A stretch of DNA of 64,000 nucleotides from the IMG/VR virus record IMGVR_UViG_3300042890_000801; one strand, given 5' to 3'. The notes beneath the pieces are model-generated. The model worked only from the letters and a program-made list of their open reading frames with translations. It searched no databases and had not been told where the DNA came from. The DNA comes from an uncultured virus (IMG/VR IMGVR_UViG_3300042890_000801). Its lineage: Duplodnaviria > Heunggongvirae > Uroviricota > Caudoviricetes. A program made the translations under genes and the position numbers. Positions 1 through 9,560 of this stretch are shown piece after piece; within the stretch, counting starts at the first letter, position 1, and every line of letters starts with the position of its first letter.

Positions 1-1
1 T

Positions 2-916
2 AAGGTCTATGAGTGGTTCACTACGGGACCCCGCCAGCGACTCCAGCCGGGAGGAGCCATAATCATCGTCCAAACACGATGGTCCCTCAGAGACTTGACG
101 GGGCAGATCATCGACCATGCTGCCAAAGATGTAAAAGCCGATCAGTGGGAGGTGTTTGAGTTTCCTGCCATTCTCCCGAGTGGCAACCCACTGTGGCCTG
201 AGTTTTGGGCGATTGAAGAGTTAGAGGCTACCCGAGCGACGATCAACAATGCAGGGAAGTGGAACGCTCAGTACCAACAAAACCCTACGTCAGACGAGAG
301 TGCCATAATAAAACGTGCGGACTGGCAGATATGGACAAAAGACAAACCACCGCCGATGGACTACCTCATCATGGCGATGGACACTGCATTTGAAGCGAAG
401 AAGAGCGCCGACTATAGCGCAGCCGTTATCTTTGGGGTGTGGACAAACGATGAAGATGGCGGACAGCCTAACCTCATGCTGTTGGAGGCTTGGAGAGACA
501 AGCTAGAGTTCCCGGAGTTAAAGCAGAAAGCGAAGGAGTTGTACAAGGAGTGGGAGCCAGACAGTGTGATTATCGAAAAGAAGGCATCCGGGGCTCCGCT
601 GATATATGAGTTGAGAAGGATGGGCATCCCCGTGCAGGAGTACACACCGAGTCGAGGGAATGATAAGATAACGAGACTGAACGCGATTGCAGACATTTTC
701 GCTTCAGGTAAGGTCTGGGCTCCAGATAGGCGATGGGCAGATGAGTTGATAGAAGAGGTCGCGTCGTTCCCCGCAGGGCGGTATGATGACTTCGTAGACT
801 GCACCAGCTTAGCATTGGCACGGTTTCGTGCGGGTGGTTTTATAGGTACAGCCAATGACCAAAGTGAGGAGGAGTACAATGGTGGTTTTTATCGGCGTAG
901 AGCCGCGTATTATTAA
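2..916 (+). CDS. terL: Terminase large subunit, C-terminal part (5' end lies outside the window)
   Basis: Frame is open from position 2 (KVYEWFTTGPRQRLQPGGAIIIVQTRW). It contains the AQYQQNP motif and nuclease-domain motifs DTAF..KSADYSA, IEKKASG and FPAGRYDDFVD. Confidence 0.93.
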   Translation, partial: KVYEWFTTGPRQRLQPGGAIIIVQTRWSLRDLTGQIIDHAAKDVKADQWEVFEFPAILPSGNPLWPEFWAIEELEATRATINNAGKWNAQYQQNPTSDESAIIKRADWQIWTKDKPPPMDYLIMAMDTAFEAKKSADYSAAVIFGVWTNDEDGGQPNLMLLEAWRDKLEFPELKQKAKELYKEWEPDSVIIEKKASGAPLIYELRRMGIPVQEYTPSRGNDKITRLNAIADIFASGKVWAPDRRWADELIEEVASFPAGRYDDFVDCTSLALARFRAGGFIGTANDQSEEEYNGGFYRRRAAYY

Positions 917-928
917 GGAGGAGAGAGT

Positions 929-1372
929 ATGGTAGCCGGTATAGTGGAAGCGATGGCGGGGCAGGTAGAAAGAGCGCTTAAACAACAAGAGGAAATAAGC
1001 ACTATGCTAAAAGGACCAACGAAACCGCTCTGGCAAAATGAGAAGATGGGGTTAAAGCCAGAACAATACAACGCATGGGAGAAGTACATTAAAGAAGAGT
1101 ACGCCGATGCAGAGAACGAATTAGTAAAAGAAGCAGAAAAAAGAGAAAGTGCAGAGAAAAAAGCAAATGACTACCAAGTAGGTGGGTCACACTACAAAGA
1201 CAAACGAGTGCAGCCGTGGGATGTGATCGACACTCTGCCTCATGCACAGGCTATCGGCTTTTACAAGGGCAATGCGATCAAGTATATAATGCGGGCTGGA
1301 GATAAAGGCCCAGCAAAGGAAGACTACGAAAAGGCCAAACATTATCTCACCAAGCTCCTCGAAATTTTATAG
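929..1372 (+). CDS. DUF3310 (SaV-like) domain protein
   Basis: C-terminal QVGGSHY..QPWDVI..GFYKGNAIKYIMRAGDKG..EDYEKAKHYL signature. Confidence 0.75.
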   Translation: MVAGIVEAMAGQVERALKQQEEISTMLKGPTKPLWQNEKMGLKPEQYNAWEKYIKEEYADAENELVKEAEKRESAEKKANDYQVGGSHYKDKRVQPWDVIDTLPHAQAIGFYKGNAIKYIMRAGDKGPAKEDYEKAKHYLTKLLEIL

Positions 1373-1382
1373 GACACAACAC

Positions 1383-3884
1383 ATGGCAATTCTCCCTCTT
1401 AGCAACGTCGATAAAGCTCTGTTACCGGAGTCACCGCTCCTTCAGGACAATGACGAAGAGCCCATTGAAATCATTATCGGTGATCCAGAGGGAGAGTTGC
1501 TTGAGTCTGTAGAGGTAGAGATTGACGAGGAGCCTTCGTTCGACGCGAATTTGGCGGAGTACCTTGCTGAGTCTGCTCTCACTTCCCTTGCCTCCGAACT
1601 CCTCACCGACTTTGACAACGACAAGAACGCTCGTAAAGAGTGGGAACAGACCTATGTAGATGGGCTAGATTTGTTGGGTCTGCAGTTGGAAGAGAGAACA
1701 GAGCCTTGGAATGGTGCCTGTGGGGTGTATCACCCGATGTTGACGGAAGCGGCGATTAAATTCCAAGCTGAGATGATTGCAGAAACCTTTCCTGCACAGG
1801 GTCCGGTAAAGACCAAGATTGTGGGGAAAGAGACGCGAGAGAATGAGGAGGCCGCTGCCCGCGTTGCAGAGGATATGAATTACCAGCTGACTGAAAAGAT
1901 GCAGGAGTTTCGACCAGAGCACGAAAAGATGCTGTGGAGTCTCTCCCTTGCTGGTGCTGCGTTCAAAAAGGTCTACTTCGACCCCTCCCTCAATAGACAA
2001 GTCAGTATGTTTGTACCGGCAGAAGACTTGTACATCCCCTATGGGGCCAGTGATGCGCGAACTGCGCCACGAGTCACGCACTTGATGCGTAAAACCGAGA
2101 ACGAAGTCAGAAAACTGCAGTATGCAGGGTTCTATAGAGACGTAGACCTTGGAGAGCCAAGCAAAGATTTAGATGAAATTCAGTCTCGAAAGGATGAGGC
2201 AGACGGATTCAGTGCGATTAACGACGATAGATTTAGGCTTTTAGAGATTCACACCGAACTCGACTTAGAAGGGTTTGAAGATATCGACCCAGAAACCGAG
2301 GAAGAGACGGGAATTGCCCTACCTTTTGTCGTTACGGTAGAGAAAAGTACCCAGAAAATCCTCTCAATTCGCCGTAATTGGGACGAATATGACCCTCTGA
2401 AGCGGGCTAAACAGCACTTCGTGCAATACACCTATATACCGGGCTTTGGAGCCTATGGCTATGGTCTGATTCACTTGGTCGGTGGGTTTGCGAAGAGCGC
2501 CACCAGTATTGTCCGTCAGCTAATCGACGCAGGTACGCTATCCAACCTCCCCGGGGGACTCAAGACCAAGGGAATGCGGGTTAAAGGTGATGATACTCCC
2601 ATCATGCCGGGTGAATGGAGAGATGTAGACGTAGCGAGTGGGACTGTGCGGGATAACATTATGCCGCTGCCCTATAAGGAGCCTTCCGCTACGCTGTTCC
2701 AACTGCTCCAGAACGTAGTCGAAGAGGGCCGCAGGCTGGCAGCGGTAGCTGACGTAAAGTTTGACTCCATGAGCGGAGAGGCTCCGGTCGGTACGACACT
2801 GGCTATTTTGGAGCGGACGCTCAAGGTCATGAGTGCAGTACAGGCGCGTGTCCACTATGCGATGGCGCAGGAGTTCAAACTCATTGCTCATCTTATTAAG
2901 GAGTACACCGCACCGACGTATGAGTACAATCCTGACTATGGTGTAGGGCCAGAAGCGAAGAAAGCGGACTATGAAGTTGTTGAGGTCTTACCTGTCTCTG
3001 ACCCGAACGCGGCGACAATGGCGCAGAGGATTATTCAGTATCAGGCAGCTATACAGCTGGCCCAGCAATCTCCGCAAATTTACGATCTACCCGTTCTCCA
3101 CAGACAAATGCTGGAGGTGATGGGGATAAAAGACGCGGATAAGATCGTTAAAACGGACGATGATTTGGTGCCTACCGATCCTGTGACTGAGAACATGGAC
3201 ATCATGAATCAGGAGCCGGTAAAAGCCTTTATTGAACAGGATCACGCCGCTCATTTGGCTGTACATCAATCAGCCATGCAAGACCCTAAGATTGCACAGG
3301 CAATCGGACAAAACCCACAAGCGCAAGCCATCATGCAAGCTGCACAAGCGCATATCATGGAGCATCTTGCCTTCCAGTATAGAAGAGAAGTAGAAGCACA
3401 GTTGGGTATGCCCCTGCCTGATCCAGAGCAGAAAATGGATGCAGAAACGGAAAGGCAACTCAGTGTTATCTCCGCGCAAGCGGCAACACAGGCGCTTCAA
3501 CGGAATCAGGCAGAATCGCAGGCGCAGATTGCTCAACAGCAAGCGCAAGACCCCATCATTCAGATGCAGATGCAAGAGCTTCAGCTTAAACAGCAAGAGG
3601 TACAGCAGAAGTATCAGATTGAGATGGCTAAGCTACAAAACGAAATGCAGATAGCCATGATGAATAATGAGAACAAACTCATGATTCAGGGCGAAAAGGA
3701 CAAATCAGCCAGTGCCATGAAGAGTGTGGATGTCGGGCTTAAAGTCGCTGAGAAAGTTTATGGCGCAGGAGAAAAGGCAGACGACAGAGCCTTTGGCGCA
3801 GAAGAAAAGGAAAGAGATAGAGCGTTTAATACTGCACAAGGCGAAGCGCAACGTACAGCACAACCAAAAAAGGAGCCTAAATGA
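1383..3884 (+). CDS. Portal protein
   Basis: 833 aa, follows terminase. Motifs EPWNGACGVYHP, FKKVYFD, YGYGLIH, RQLIDAGTLSNLPGG, LPYKEPS, plus a Gln-rich coiled C-terminal barrel. Confidence 0.88.
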   Translation: MAILPLSNVDKALLPESPLLQDNDEEPIEIIIGDPEGELLESVEVEIDEEPSFDANLAEYLAESALTSLASELLTDFDNDKNARKEWEQTYVDGLDLLGLQLEERTEPWNGACGVYHPMLTEAAIKFQAEMIAETFPAQGPVKTKIVGKETRENEEAAARVAEDMNYQLTEKMQEFRPEHEKMLWSLSLAGAAFKKVYFDPSLNRQVSMFVPAEDLYIPYGASDARTAPRVTHLMRKTENEVRKLQYAGFYRDVDLGEPSKDLDEIQSRKDEADGFSAINDDRFRLLEIHTELDLEGFEDIDPETEEETGIALPFVVTVEKSTQKILSIRRNWDEYDPLKRAKQHFVQYTYIPGFGAYGYGLIHLVGGFAKSATSIVRQLIDAGTLSNLPGGLKTKGMRVKGDDTPIMPGEWRDVDVASGTVRDNIMPLPYKEPSATLFQLLQNVVEEGRRLAAVADVKFDSMSGEAPVGTTLAILERTLKVMSAVQARVHYAMAQEFKLIAHLIKEYTAPTYEYNPDYGVGPEAKKADYEVVEVLPVSDPNAATMAQRIIQYQAAIQLAQQSPQIYDLPVLHRQMLEVMGIKDADKIVKTDDDLVPTDPVTENMDIMNQEPVKAFIEQDHAAHLAVHQSAMQDPKIAQAIGQNPQAQAIMQAAQAHIMEHLAFQYRREVEAQLGMPLPDPEQKMDAETERQLSVISAQAATQALQRNQAESQAQIAQQQAQDPIIQMQMQELQLKQQEVQQKYQIEMAKLQNEMQIAMMNNENKLMIQGEKDKSASAMKSVDVGLKVAEKVYGAGEKADDRAFGAEEKERDRAFNTAQGEAQRTAQPKKEPK

Positions 3885-4063
3885 ACGCGCTAGAGCTAGC
3901 TATCAAGGAGTTTGATGACATGATCGAATCGCGCAAGAACGCGCTGGCAAGAGGTCATGCTAAAGATTATGCTGAGTATCAGCATATAGCCGGGGTGATT
4001 ACGGGTCTAGCCACGGCCAATGAGAGACTGAAAGACCTGCTTAAATATCAAGAGGAACTGTAA
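3881..4063 (+). CDS. Small head-module protein
   Basis: ATGA overlap with portal; G..DYAEYQ..G.I.GL motif typical of the post-portal gene. Confidence 0.6.
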   Translation: MNALELAIKEFDDMIESRKNALARGHAKDYAEYQHIAGVITGLATANERLKDLLKYQEEL

Positions 4064-4467
4064 TGGAAAACGCAGCACTATCTGCCGCTAACATCGACGT
4101 TGAGAAAACCAAGGAAACGAGCGAAAGCTTGGCAACACAACTGCCTGATCCTGTGGGGTACAAAATCCTCGTCGTTAAGCCTGAAATCGAAGAAAAGACG
4201 GAAGGGGGTATTCTCAAGCCTAAAGACTTTCTTCGCCGGGAAGAAGCAGGAGCCGTAGTCGGTTTTGTGCTTAAAGTAGGGGACATGGCTTACGCAGATA
4301 AGGAAAAATTCCCAACAGGGCCGTGGTGTAAAGAAGGTGATTTTGTGTTGATCGGGGCTTATCGCGGTTCTCGATTCAGCGTAAATGGGAAAGAATTTGT
4401 CATGGTAAATGACGATATGGTGGAAGGCGTTGTGGCCGATCCTCGCGGAATAAACCGCGCTTACTAA
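4063..4467 (+). CDS. groES: GroES/Cpn10-like co-chaperonin
   Basis: PVGYKILV, EKTEGGILKP mobile loop, V..VGDMAY, KEGDFV, MVNDD.V.GVV. Confidence 0.88.
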   Translation: MENAALSAANIDVEKTKETSESLATQLPDPVGYKILVVKPEIEEKTEGGILKPKDFLRREEAGAVVGFVLKVGDMAYADKEKFPTGPWCKEGDFVLIGAYRGSRFSVNGKEFVMVNDDMVEGVVADPRGINRAY

Positions 4468-4483
4468 ACATAGGACACAGACT

Positions 4484-5398
4484 ATGCAAACAGAAAAAAT
4501 TGGTGATGATCTTGAAGTAGGTACGGAACTTCCAGAGGTGGAAGTTGAAATTGTTGATGATACTCCTGAAGAAGACAAAGGCCGAGAGCCGCTTAAAGCG
4601 GAGAAGGACGAACAGGAGGACGAGCTAGAGAATTATTCTGAGAAGGTGCAGAAACGCATCAATCAGTTGAATCATCGCTACCACGACGAGCGTAGAGCGA
4701 AAGAAGTGTTGGTTAGGCAGAATGAAGAAGCTATCCGCCTTGCCCGGACTGTCTATGAAGAAAATGAAAGGTTGAAGCAGACGCTTAGCTGGGGCCAGCA
4801 AGAATACGCCCGTGAAGCTGAAGCCAAGATTGACTACGCTCAGAAGCTGGCAGAGGACAAATATCGCAAAGCCTACGAAACAGGCGACACCGATGGAGTC
4901 TTGGAAGCGCAGAGAGAACTGAATGATACGGCTATTCAAAAAGCGCAGCTTCAAAACCAGATATCTAGTGCAGTCCAACAAGCCTCTTTACAACAGCAAA
5001 ACAATACTGTATATAGTCAACCCGAACAACAGTATTATGAGCAACCCGCACCGGCACCTCGTGATTCCCGCGCAGAAGATTGGGCGTCACGCAACCCTTG
5101 GTTCGGTAAGGATGAGGAAATGACCTCATTCGCCTATGGGCTGCATCAGAAACTTGTAAACAACGGTATTGATCCGACTTCCGATGAGTATTATCAGAAG
5201 ATCGACAACCGCATCCGAGAAGTTTTCCCGCAAAACTTCCAAAAGTCACGGAAATCGTCAGCTGTGGCTCCCGCTTCCAGAAGCACTGGCAGCAAGAAAG
5301 TGACGCTAACCGCCAGTCAAGTGGCAATCGCAAAACGTCTTGGTGTACCTTTAGAAACTTATGCCAAGTATGCAGCAAAGGAGATGAACAATGCCTAA
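4484..5398 (+). CDS. Putative capsid scaffolding protein
   Basis: Acidic N-terminus, long coiled coil, W..RNPWFG, C-terminal LT..QVAIAKRLGVPLE.YAK; position upstream of capsid genes. Confidence 0.65.
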   Translation: MQTEKIGDDLEVGTELPEVEVEIVDDTPEEDKGREPLKAEKDEQEDELENYSEKVQKRINQLNHRYHDERRAKEVLVRQNEEAIRLARTVYEENERLKQTLSWGQQEYAREAEAKIDYAQKLAEDKYRKAYETGDTDGVLEAQRELNDTAIQKAQLQNQISSAVQQASLQQQNNTVYSQPEQQYYEQPAPAPRDSRAEDWASRNPWFGKDEEMTSFAYGLHQKLVNNGIDPTSDEYYQKIDNRIREVFPQNFQKSRKSSAVAPASRSTGSKKVTLTASQVAIAKRLGVPLETYAKYAAKEMNNA

Positions 5399-5849
5399 TC
5401 CAGTTGGAAGACCCCCACGCTCAATGGAAACACGGGAAAATGAAATGCGTCAGGTTTCTTGGAAACCTGCTTCGGACCTCCCTGTGCCTGAACCGCAAGA
5501 CGGATATGTATTCCATTGGAAACGCGCATCAATGATGGGTGAAGCGGACCATCGCAATATGGCGCAAGCCAGACGCGAAGGATGGGAACCCTGTAAGGCA
5601 GAAGATCATCAAGAATTTGCGAATGACCTTGTAGCTTTTGGGCTACAAGCTACTGGACTGATAGAAATTGGCGGATTGGTTCTGTGTAAGACAACGGCGG
5701 AAAACGCCGCAGCGCGTAAAGCGTACTATGAAAACCGGACCCGATCCGATATGCAGTCGGTTGACAACAACTTCCTGCGTGAAAGTGATCCTAGGATGCC
5801 TCTCTTTTCCGAGAAGCAATCTAAAGTGTCTTTTGGTCGCGGTGCCTAA
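5391..5849 (+). CDS. Conserved head-module hypothetical protein
   Basis: WKP..LP.P, REGWEP, IGGL.LC motifs; RBS aaggag. Confidence 0.6.
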   Translation: MPNPVGRPPRSMETRENEMRQVSWKPASDLPVPEPQDGYVFHWKRASMMGEADHRNMAQARREGWEPCKAEDHQEFANDLVAFGLQATGLIEIGGLVLCKTTAENAAARKAYYENRTRSDMQSVDNNFLRESDPRMPLFSEKQSKVSFGRGA

Positions 5850-5889
5850 GTAAAGTTAGGGCCGCACAGTAAACTTTTAGGAGTTAATT

Positions 5890-6600
5890 ATGGCTTATCC
5901 TGCTGTTGGTGGCCCTTATGGGCTTTTGCCGATCAATCTGGTCGGCGGGCAAGTATACGCTGGTGCAACTCGGTCTTTGCCGATTGCCTCTAGCTATGCT
6001 AAAAACATTGGTTTCGGTGATACCGTCTCCATCATCTCTACTGGCTATATCAACCGTGTAGATTCTTCTACGGGTGCAGCGAGTACCTTCCCGATCCGTC
6101 CGGTCGGTATCTTCTTGGGTTGTTCTTACACTGACCCGACTCTGAAGTACAAGGTCTTTAAGCAGTATTGGCCTTCTGGAACCGTGGCTTCTGATGCAGT
6201 AGCAATTATTGCTGACGATCCCGATATTCTGATGAAGGTCGCCGTTGTCAACAACAGCGCTGTTGTTGTGGCTTCAAGTGGTCTGACTCTGGCCAATATC
6301 GGTGAAAATGTTGGTTACTACCTGAAGGCCGACACCGGCATTTGGGCAGATGGTGTAAACACCGCAACCGGCAATAGCACTCTGGCTATTGATAAAAATA
6401 CTCTTGGCACGACCAATTCTTTGCCGTTCCGCATTGTCGATACGATCAAAGAAACGGCTCTGTCTGATGGTACTTTCTGTGAGGCTGTTGTGGCATTCAA
6501 TGCTCCGTACACCTCTATCTCTCAGTTGGCTACCTCTCCGTTCACTGTCACTGCGGCAGTAGCTGGTGGTCATCAGTACCGTAACCCTACTGGCGTTTAA
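5890..6600 (+). CDS. Putative capsid decoration/minor head protein
   Basis: PYGL.P, GIF.GC.YTDP, DDPD motifs; immediately upstream of the major capsid gene; strong RBS. Confidence 0.6.
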   Translation: MAYPAVGGPYGLLPINLVGGQVYAGATRSLPIASSYAKNIGFGDTVSIISTGYINRVDSSTGAASTFPIRPVGIFLGCSYTDPTLKYKVFKQYWPSGTVASDAVAIIADDPDILMKVAVVNNSAVVVASSGLTLANIGENVGYYLKADTGIWADGVNTATGNSTLAIDKNTLGTTNSLPFRIVDTIKETALSDGTFCEAVVAFNAPYTSISQLATSPFTVTAAVAGGHQYRNPTGV

Positions 6601-6613
6601 GGAGTAATAATCA

Positions 6614-7522
6614 ATGGCTGCTATTTCACGCGCTCAACTACTTAAAGAACTCTTGCCGGGGCTTAACGCCCTCTTCGGTCTGGAATATGACCGTTACGGT
6701 GAGGAATGGAAAGAACTGTTTGAAATCGAGAGTTCCGAGCGTTCTTTTGAAGAAGAACAGAAGCTGTCTGGTTTTGGTGCTGCTCCGGTTAAGAACGAAG
6801 GTTCTGCTATCGCATACGACACCGCACAGGAAGCTTGGTCCACTCGCTATACCCACGAAACCATTGCTCTGGGCTTCTCCCTGACCGAAGAAGCGATTGA
6901 AGATAACCTGTATGACTCACTGTCTGCTCGTTATACCAAGGCTCTGGCTCGTGCTATGGCCTACACCAAGGAAGTTAAGGGTGCCTCTGTTCTGAACAAT
7001 GGCTTCAACTCTAACTACGCTGGTGGTGATGGTGTATCTCTGTTTAGCAATGCTCATCCTCTGGTAAGCGGGTCTACCATTTCTAACGTACCGTCTACCC
7101 CGACTGATCTGAACGAAACCTCTCTTGAGAATGCCGTTATCCAGATCAGCCTGTGGACTGACGAACGCGGACTGCTGATTGCAGCTAAGCCGAAGAAGCT
7201 CATCATTCCTCCGGCCCTGCAGTTCGTAGCTACCCGTCTGTTGGAAACCCAGCTTCGCGTAGGCACCACTGATAATGATGTGAATGCCATCGTGAACAAC
7301 GGCTCCATTCCGGGCGGTTGGGCAGTTAACCACTTCTTGACTGACACCAATGCTTGGTTCTTGCAGACCGACGTGCCGAATGGCCTGAAGCATTTTGTCC
7401 GTGCTGCTCTGAGCACATCAATGGATGGAGACTTCGATACCGGCAACGCACGCTACAAAGCGAGAGAGCGCTACGCTTTCGGCTTTAGTGACCCGCTGTC
7501 AATGTTCGGTTCCGCTGGTTAA
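6614..7522 (+). CDS. Major capsid protein (Mu gpT-like family)
   Basis: AISRAQLLKELLPGLNALFGLEY, TEEAIEDNLY, DFDTGN.RYKARERY motifs; strong RBS and a terminator follows. Confidence 0.92.
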   Translation: MAAISRAQLLKELLPGLNALFGLEYDRYGEEWKELFEIESSERSFEEEQKLSGFGAAPVKNEGSAIAYDTAQEAWSTRYTHETIALGFSLTEEAIEDNLYDSLSARYTKALARAMAYTKEVKGASVLNNGFNSNYAGGDGVSLFSNAHPLVSGSTISNVPSTPTDLNETSLENAVIQISLWTDERGLLIAAKPKKLIIPPALQFVATRLLETQLRVGTTDNDVNAIVNNGSIPGGWAVNHFLTDTNAWFLQTDVPNGLKHFVRAALSTSMDGDFDTGNARYKARERYAFGFSDPLSMFGSAG

Positions 7523-7550
7523 GGTATAACACTGCGTAAGTGTTATCATG

Positions 7551-7577
7551 ACGGGGGCTTCGGCCCCCGTTTCTTTT
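7551..7577 (+). terminator. Rho-independent terminator after the major capsid gene
   Basis: ACGGGGGC-TTCG-GCCCCCGT followed by TTCTTTT. Confidence 0.88.
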
Positions 7578-7579
7578 GC

Positions 7580-7608
7580 TTGACACCACCCCAAAAACAT
7601 AATATAAG
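7580..7608 (+). promoter_or_regulatory. Sigma70-type promoter
   Basis: TTGACA (7580-7585), 17 nt spacer, TATAAG (7603-7608). Confidence 0.7.
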
Positions 7609-7614
7609 TCTCTT

Positions 7615-7690
7615 AAATCTGGGATTTCTAACTGCCTGAGCGACTGACCCAGCAGATACCGCACACAACGTCAGGCCCAAGTGCACGAGG
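7615..7690 (+). ncRNA. Pseudoknotted structured RNA, probably the Mu-gpT-DE motif
   Basis: Crossing helices CTGGG/CCCAG (7619-23/7648-52), GCCTGA(G)CG/CGTCAGGC (7634-42/7669-76) and GCAC/GTGC (7661-64/7681-84). Lies directly downstream of a gpT-like capsid gene. Family assignment is from recall and needs cmsearch. Confidence 0.55.
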
Positions 7691-7698
7691 TAATCTCA

Positions 7699-8139
7699 AT
7701 GAGTTTTTCGACTTTTTCCGGGCCGATCCGCTCTGGTACTGTTCGTTATGGTACGGGCGAAAACTGCGGCATAGCCGTTCTTGTCCAGACTGAAGCCCTT
7801 CCTGCTGCTGCAGGTGCTACTACCGTTGCTGTTCTTCCAGCCGGTTCACAGATTCTTGATATCATCGTAGACACCACTACGGTATTTAACTCAGCGACTA
7901 CGCTGAAGATTGGTACTTCTTCCAATGATGACGAGTTTGTAACCCAGACCACCATCACCACCGCAGGCCGCAACGACCTGTCCTCTACTTATCAGCCTCT
8001 GACTTTCATCAATGTCGGTACTTCTGATGTTCCTGTGATTGCTACCACTGCAGGCAGTGCGGCTACGGGCGCAGCGAGAGTGACGATTATGTATGCTCAG
8101 AAGGCATCTAACGGTGCTGAAGACCCCGCAACTCCGTAA
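7699..8139 (+). CDS. Virion structural protein (head decoration/spike-like)
   Basis: STFSGPIRSG N-terminus and LPAGSQI.DI motif. The ATG at 7699 follows GAGG and is preferred over the track start. Confidence 0.6.
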   Translation: MSFSTFSGPIRSGTVRYGTGENCGIAVLVQTEALPAAAGATTVAVLPAGSQILDIIVDTTTVFNSATTLKIGTSSNDDEFVTQTTITTAGRNDLSSTYQPLTFINVGTSDVPVIATTAGSAATGAARVTIMYAQKASNGAEDPATP

Positions 8140-8151
8140 GGATCAGGCGCT

Positions 8152-8388
8152 ATGGAGTGGCAGAACTTTATAGATGCGGCGATAGCGATAGTTAGCGCCT
8201 TCTTCGGCTGGCTGTTCAAGATTGTATGGGACGCTATCAAAGACCTTAAAGATGATATGAAAGACCTCAACACCACTCTACATAAAGAGTACGTGCGTAA
8301 GGATGACTATCACATCGAAATGGCTAAGATAGAAACCATGTTCCAGCGCATCATGGACAAGTTAGACGGTAAGGCAGACAAGCAATGA
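8152..8388 (+). CDS. Small membrane protein, holin-like
   Basis: N-terminal hydrophobic helix, then coiled coil and YVRKDDY..KLDGKADK. Confidence 0.5.
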   Translation: MEWQNFIDAAIAIVSAFFGWLFKIVWDAIKDLKDDMKDLNTTLHKEYVRKDDYHIEMAKIETMFQRIMDKLDGKADKQ

Positions 8389-8639
8389 CTATGCCCTCAC
8401 GAGGGATTTCCTCAATACAACGTAAAGCGACAGGTGATGATATGAAATGCGGAATGAAAAAAGGCAAAGAAGTTCGTAAGGGCATGCTGAAGAACAAGAG
8501 CAAAGCCAAGTCCAAGATGGATTTGATGAACGTAGGTTCTGCAGAATCTGCCGGTCCATTCCCCGGCGCGGGATACTATAAGGGTGGCAAGGTTGATGGC
8601 TGCATCAAGAAAGGCCATACCAAAGGGAAGATGGTATAA
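8385..8639 (+). CDS. Small basic hypothetical protein
   Basis: MPSRG N-terminus; Lys-rich; C-terminal YKGGKVDGCIKKGHTKG. Confidence 0.55.
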   Translation: MTMPSRGISSIQRKATGDDMKCGMKKGKEVRKGMLKNKSKAKSKMDLMNVGSAESAGPFPGAGYYKGGKVDGCIKKGHTKGKMV

Positions 8640-8642
8640 GTC

Positions 8643-9281
8643 ATGGCAGGCGGAGCACAAGGCGGCGGGGGCAGACCCGCAGTAGGTGGTAATCTTCAAC
8701 AGTATCAAGGCATGCTGCAGAATTACCGACAAGGTATGGCTGGAGCCCCTTCTCAGATGCCGGGAGCTAACGTAGCCGCACCCGGTAAGGGCATGCCTCA
8801 GCAGTTTGGTATGGCTAGGCCAATGCCTGCTCCTAGCACTGGGCCTATATCGACGCTTCCAGCTTACGCCGGTCCTGCTCCTCAAACGGGCGGTGCAATG
8901 CCACAAGGTCCACAAGTGTCTCAGCCTTTTCCTATGCCTCCGCAAGGTCAGCCCTCCGCTCCGCAACAACCGCAAATGTCACCAGAAATGATGGCGCAAA
9001 TACAAGCGGCTATGCAACAGCAGATGGCTTCTCAGCAGACTCAGGTGAACAGTGCACCACAGGGTCCGATCAGTGTAGGAAGTTCCCAACCGCTGGATCA
9101 GCCACGGACAGGGGGTGTAATGCCTCAAGGCCCGATACAAGCGCAGCCACAACCCATGCCGCGTCCAATGCCAAGACCCATGCCAATGCCACAGGTACAA
9201 GGCAATCCGAATGCTATGCCACTGCAAAGGCCACAGATGCAAGGTAGGCCGACCATGCAAATGCTTCGTGGTAGAAGGTAA
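8643..9281 (+). CDS. Pro/Gln/Met/Gly-rich low-complexity protein
   Basis: 212 aa, tightly packed between neighbours; internal repeat TGG(A/V)MPQGP. Confidence 0.55.
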   Translation: MAGGAQGGGGRPAVGGNLQQYQGMLQNYRQGMAGAPSQMPGANVAAPGKGMPQQFGMARPMPAPSTGPISTLPAYAGPAPQTGGAMPQGPQVSQPFPMPPQGQPSAPQQPQMSPEMMAQIQAAMQQQMASQQTQVNSAPQGPISVGSSQPLDQPRTGGVMPQGPIQAQPQPMPRPMPRPMPMPQVQGNPNAMPLQRPQMQGRPTMQMLRGRR

Positions 9282-9550
9282 TGGCTAAGTCTGCGGCGTG
9301 GACTCGGAAGGAAGGGAAGGATGAAAAGGGTGGGCTTAATGCCAAGGGCAGAGCCTCCTATAACAAGGCAAATCCCGGTAAACCGGGTTTGAAACCCCCT
9401 GCACCCAAACCCAAAACCAAAGAAGATGCGGGCAGAAGGAAGTCATTTTGTGCGAGAATGACAGGTATGAAGAAGGCTAACACCTCCGCTAAAACCGCTA
9501 AAGACCCGAATAGCAGAATTAACAAAAGCCTGCGGGCTTGGAATTGTTGA
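9281..9550 (+). CDS. Conserved small basic phage protein
   Basis: AWTRKEGK..GGLNAKGRASY, RRKSFCARM, SLRAWNC. Confidence 0.65.
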   Translation: MAKSAAWTRKEGKDEKGGLNAKGRASYNKANPGKPGLKPPAPKPKTKEDAGRRKSFCARMTGMKKANTSAKTAKDPNSRINKSLRAWNC

Positions 9551-9560
9551 GTAAAAAATC

